Part shown: piece after piece, positions 60,722 through 64,000 of the stretch
Layout of the letters: each line of letters starts with the position of its first letter
Position numbering within the stretch: the stretch's first letter is position 1
Origin: Burkholderiales bacterium
GTDB taxonomy: Bacteria; Pseudomonadota; Gammaproteobacteria; Burkholderiales; JBEEJL01
Assembly: GCA_049695115.1 (NCBI GenBank)
Contig: JBAVRP010000007.1
Location: 38,772-102,771, forward strand
Length of the DNA: 64,000 nucleotides
Direction of reading: 5' to 3'
Notes under the pieces: model-generated
What the model was told of the DNA's origin: nothing
What the model saw: only the letters and a program-made list of their open reading frames with translations
The model's database searches: none
Position numbers and translations under genes: made by a program

Positions 60722-62403
60722 CAGGCGAAACATCAATGCTGCAATTCGACCTCCCTCAACTCAATTCGAACACTTTCCCGCTGTTCGATACCGCATTGGG
60801 TTGCAAAACGTGGATTGCCGCCCTGCCATTGTCAAACACGCTGGAGGCGCATCGCCAATTGCATGATGTATTGGAACACCTGAATCGTGTGCCCATCCCT
60901 TGCCTGGAACGGCTGAAAATTCTTGAGGTCGCGCGGGAAGCCGCTTCGTTTCTGCAAGACGAACTGGTCAAGCGGTTCGCTGGCAGACCTATTCCGCTTA
61001 AGCCGGTCGAGTTTTCCGCCTGGGCAGATCTGGTGGAATTGTGGCGCTTGGTGGAAGCGAATTATTTGCGTTGTTTTGTTGAGAGCCAGAACAATAACGA
61101 GACATCTGCCTATCTGCCGCTGATCACCCAACGATGCTTGCGTTATATATCCTTGCAAATGCTGGCGCACGATCTTGGCTATACCAGGATGCCCGCCGGC
61201 TTATGGTCGCGATTGCATTACTTGTACCGTTTTTCCGAACAAAATGAATTCGCCACCGCAAAAGTGAAAGACAGCCTGGATGGCGGCGAAAAAGTTTCCA
61301 CCTGTGCGGTGACTTTTGTGCGCGCGTTGTTGCTCGACGCCGCTGCGCCCGCGGAGCTCTCGGCCAAACATCTTCTAATCACCGACCAGTTGCTGCAATT
61401 ATGGGCGCCGCGCACGTTGGTGAAGTCCACCCAGCCCTTATCCACCGGCCTGCCCGCGCTGGGGTGCGATCTAGCGCTCGACAGCGCATTGCTGCCGCCA
61501 CCTTACAAACAGGATGTGCCAACGCTGCGTTATATTGACCGCGAATCATTGGCGAGCGTGATGAAAAAAACCGCCAAGGGTCTGCAAAGAGGCGAAAGCG
61601 CCGCCAGTCTCGGCCTGCCTGAGTATGCGAATGCGGCTGAATACGTTACGCTGATCAAACAACTCTTTGCACATTGGTGCGACACCACACGGTTGCCGTT
61701 CACCATCTATAAATCGCCCAACAGCGCGACGGCGCAGATGTGCTTCAGTATTCCCGGCCTGCATTACCACATGACGGGCAAGCCGTTTCGCCAGCCTGAC
61801 AAGCCCAGCGATTTATCGCGCATGGAAATTGAAGACATTAAAGTGTTCGGCCATGTGCGCAAAGAAACCCAGACGGCGATGGTCGGCGACATGGCGTTCA
61901 ACGGCGAAACCTGGCATGTGCGCGGCGAGACCATGGACCGGGTGCAATTGCTCCGGCCTCTTGAATGCCATCAGGGCTTGACGCACGGACAGTTGGTCGG
62001 CCTCCGTTTCGGCCCGCATAGCCGCATTATCATTGGACAAATCAATTCCCTGTCGAACGACGAAACCGGCGTCACTGTCGTAGTGCAATTGCTGCCCGGC
62101 AAGCCCTTGCCGGTCGCGGTGCGCGAAGCGGGCGCGGGACATTTGTCGTACACGCCGGCGGTGCTAATGATCGCCGCGACGCATGAAGCCAAGCCGTCAT
62201 TATTATTGCCAGCGGGCGTACATCCGGTAGGCAAACGCATGGAAGTGTTTGCCGATAATCTTTATATCGTGCGGTTGGAGAGTCTAGTATTACGCGGCGC
62301 AGATTTTGAACAGGTGGCGTTTATTGCCGCGGATTCTGTTGTCGCTACGACGTTACAAAGGCCTGCGGCGGGGACGAATACTGAGGCGCGGCGGATATTT
62401 TAA
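60718..62403 (+). CDS. Uncharacterised 561-aa soluble protein, family not recognised
   Basis: Long uninterrupted ORF with coding-like composition. Its ATG overlaps the HIT stop (ATGA). No TM helix or catalytic motif recognised by eye. Confidence 0.7.
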   Translation: MTGETSMLQFDLPQLNSNTFPLFDTALGCKTWIAALPLSNTLEAHRQLHDVLEHLNRVPIPCLERLKILEVAREAASFLQDELVKRFAGRPIPLKPVEFSAWADLVELWRLVEANYLRCFVESQNNNETSAYLPLITQRCLRYISLQMLAHDLGYTRMPAGLWSRLHYLYRFSEQNEFATAKVKDSLDGGEKVSTCAVTFVRALLLDAAAPAELSAKHLLITDQLLQLWAPRTLVKSTQPLSTGLPALGCDLALDSALLPPPYKQDVPTLRYIDRESLASVMKKTAKGLQRGESAASLGLPEYANAAEYVTLIKQLFAHWCDTTRLPFTIYKSPNSATAQMCFSIPGLHYHMTGKPFRQPDKPSDLSRMEIEDIKVFGHVRKETQTAMVGDMAFNGETWHVRGETMDRVQLLRPLECHQGLTHGQLVGLRFGPHSRIIIGQINSLSNDETGVTVVVQLLPGKPLPVAVREAGAGHLSYTPAVLMIAATHEAKPSLLLPAGVHPVGKRMEVFADNLYIVRLESLVLRGADFEQVAFIAADSVVATTLQRPAAGTNTEARRIF

Positions 62404-62502
62404 ATATATTTAATATAATCAAATAGTTATATTTAAAATAACGTGGGATGTTTTGGTAAAATACGTTCTCACAAAAAATTTATCCCGGCTAATTTCATTT
62501 CT

Positions 62503-62909
62503 ATGACGAAACATCTCTGCGTCAATTGCCAGTTTTTCTGTAAGGAACATTACGGTAACGCCGGCACTCAATACTCAATCGAAGTAACGAGTTTGCAGCG
62601 CAGTGCTGCTATGAAAGGTGATCTTTCATGGCAGAGAACTTCCGAATCACTTCGCTGCTTCAAAGGCATCTGGGAGGAGACTTAGGGTTTGGCGCAAGTG
62701 ACAAAAACTCATGTGTAACGAAACAAAAGCGAAATGGACTGTGCTATTTTTTGGAGTTCCAATCGGGAATGATTATGGGAGCCGCCGAGAAATTACAGCC
62801 AGATCGCGTCGAATGTTCTAGAGAAATTGCAAAATACAGACTTACAATCTACGCCGTATTACTTACAATTCTCGGTTTAATAATCAAACTTGTGTATGAC
62901 AAAATCTAA
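62503..62909 (+). pseudogene. Small Cys-rich, C-terminally TM-anchored protein gene split between two overlapping frames (frameshifted, or two small ORFs)
   Basis: ORF 62443/62503-62685 (MTKHLCVNCQFFC...LRCFKGIWEET*) overlaps ORF 62628-62909 (...CVTKQKRNGLCYF...TIYAVLLTILGLIIKLVY) by 58 nt. The downstream frame opens at 62622. Confidence 0.3.
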
Positions 62910-62964
62910 TCTAAATCACCGCGTAGCAAACAGATTCTCGCCGACGGCACTAAAGCCGCCCTCT

Positions 62965-63148
62965 TAAATTTAAATCCCCCTTAGTCCCCCTTTTTTAAAG
63001 GGGGAGATATTCTTTCTCCATATTTGTAGGTCGCGCGCGCCTTAGCCCTTTCGGTTCTATCACGTCCTAGCAAATAAGGATGTTTCGATTGCGCTTTTGC
63101 TTTAAATTCCCCCCTTTGTAAAAGGGGGGTTAGGGGGGATTTGAATTT
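62965..63148. mobile_element. MITE-like non-autonomous element with roughly 40-bp imperfect terminal inverted repeats
   Basis: Left end is aaatttaaatcccccttagtcccccttttttaaaggggga. The reverse complement of the right end is aaattcaaatcccccctaaccccccttttacaaagggggga. Each arm also forms a C5/G5 hairpin. The core of about 100 bp has no credible ORF. Confidence 0.55.
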
Positions 63149-63155
63149 GGATTTT

Positions 63156-63190
63156 AAAAACAAAACGCCCTCTTTCGAGGGCGTTTTTGA
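63156..63190 (-). terminator. Intrinsic (bidirectional) terminator downstream of thiC
   Basis: acgccctc-tttc-gagggcgt flanked by aaaaacaaaa and ttttt. Confidence 0.75.
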
Positions 63191-63209
63191 TTCCAGCAAA
63201 AAATTAAAA

Positions 63210-64000
<791 letters not shown>

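Noticed and set aside
108-62403. N-terminal extensions in the ORF track. Examples: 6969 versus 7047, 8901 versus 8793, 16428 versus 16329, 20638 versus 20557, 22022 versus 22184, 24045 versus 24087, 26439 versus 26520, 33945 versus 34035, 34102 versus 34243, 60625 versus 60718.
   Set aside because: The longest-ORF starts overlap upstream genes or add non-homologous residues. Internal ATGs that align with family N-termini or give ATGA/TAATG coupling were preferred.
62622-62685. Programmed -1 ribosomal frameshift joining the two small ORFs.
   Set aside because: No X-XXY-YYZ slippery heptamer or downstream structure is visible in the overlap. A mutational frameshift or two separate ORFs is more parsimonious.
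62981-63199. 72-aa minus-strand ORF (MLESKTPSKEGVLFLKSKFKSPLTPLLQRGEF...).
   Set aside because: It runs through the inverted-repeat hairpins of the MITE-like element and the thiC terminator. The peptide is the characteristic artefact of translating C5/G5 hairpin repeats.

Overview
This 64-kb window is mostly conserved chromosomal housekeeping DNA. The gene content and order look betaproteobacterial (Nitrosomonadales/Methylophilales-like), but that taxonomic guess is inference only. Recognisable blocks, in order: tupABC-like ABC transporter; grxD; prmC-prfA-hemA; kdsD-kdsC-lptC-lptA-lptB-rpoN-hpf-ptsN-hprK-rapZ; mutY; an AsmA-family gene; tRNA-Gly; a porin; thiS-thiG-trmB; hemW-rdgB-rph; yicC-gmk-rpoZ-spoT-ridA-recG-ubiA; a c-di-GMP two-component pair; yajQ-ppnP; argG; bioA-bioD; and the 3' part of thiC. 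I found no rRNA, CRISPR array, cas gene, integrase or transposase. Three short AT-rich patches look accessory. (1) About 1.15-3.5 kb, downstream of a tRNA-Ala: a higB toxin gene, a HigA-HTH fused to an ImmA/IrrE (M78) metallopeptidase, and a third ORF broken by an in-frame TAA. (2) About 32.0-32.7 kb: a decayed tRNA-Gly copy next to the intact tRNA-Gly, then a long noncoding stretch upstream of the porin. (3) About 62.4-63.2 kb: a split small Cys-rich membrane-protein ORF and a roughly 184-bp MITE-like element with about 40-bp hairpin-forming terminal inverted repeats. Other items worth a second look: a eukaryotic-type Ser/Thr kinase + PP2C pair wedged between rph and yicC; an uncharacterised 561-aa protein translationally coupled to a HIT hydrolase; a periplasmic SH3b-glutaredoxin-SH3b protein; recG lacking a canonical start codon upstream of its conserved N-terminal motif; a dispersed near-identical AT-rich roughly 25-nt intergenic motif with an IHF-consensus core; and a 3-unit tandem REP-like repeat. 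I found no large, clearly novel multi-gene system. The best candidates are the HigB/HigA-M78/orfX module and the HIT-coupled 561-aa protein, and both need database and experimental checks. All calls come from reading the ORF translations and the DNA by eye; no searches were run.
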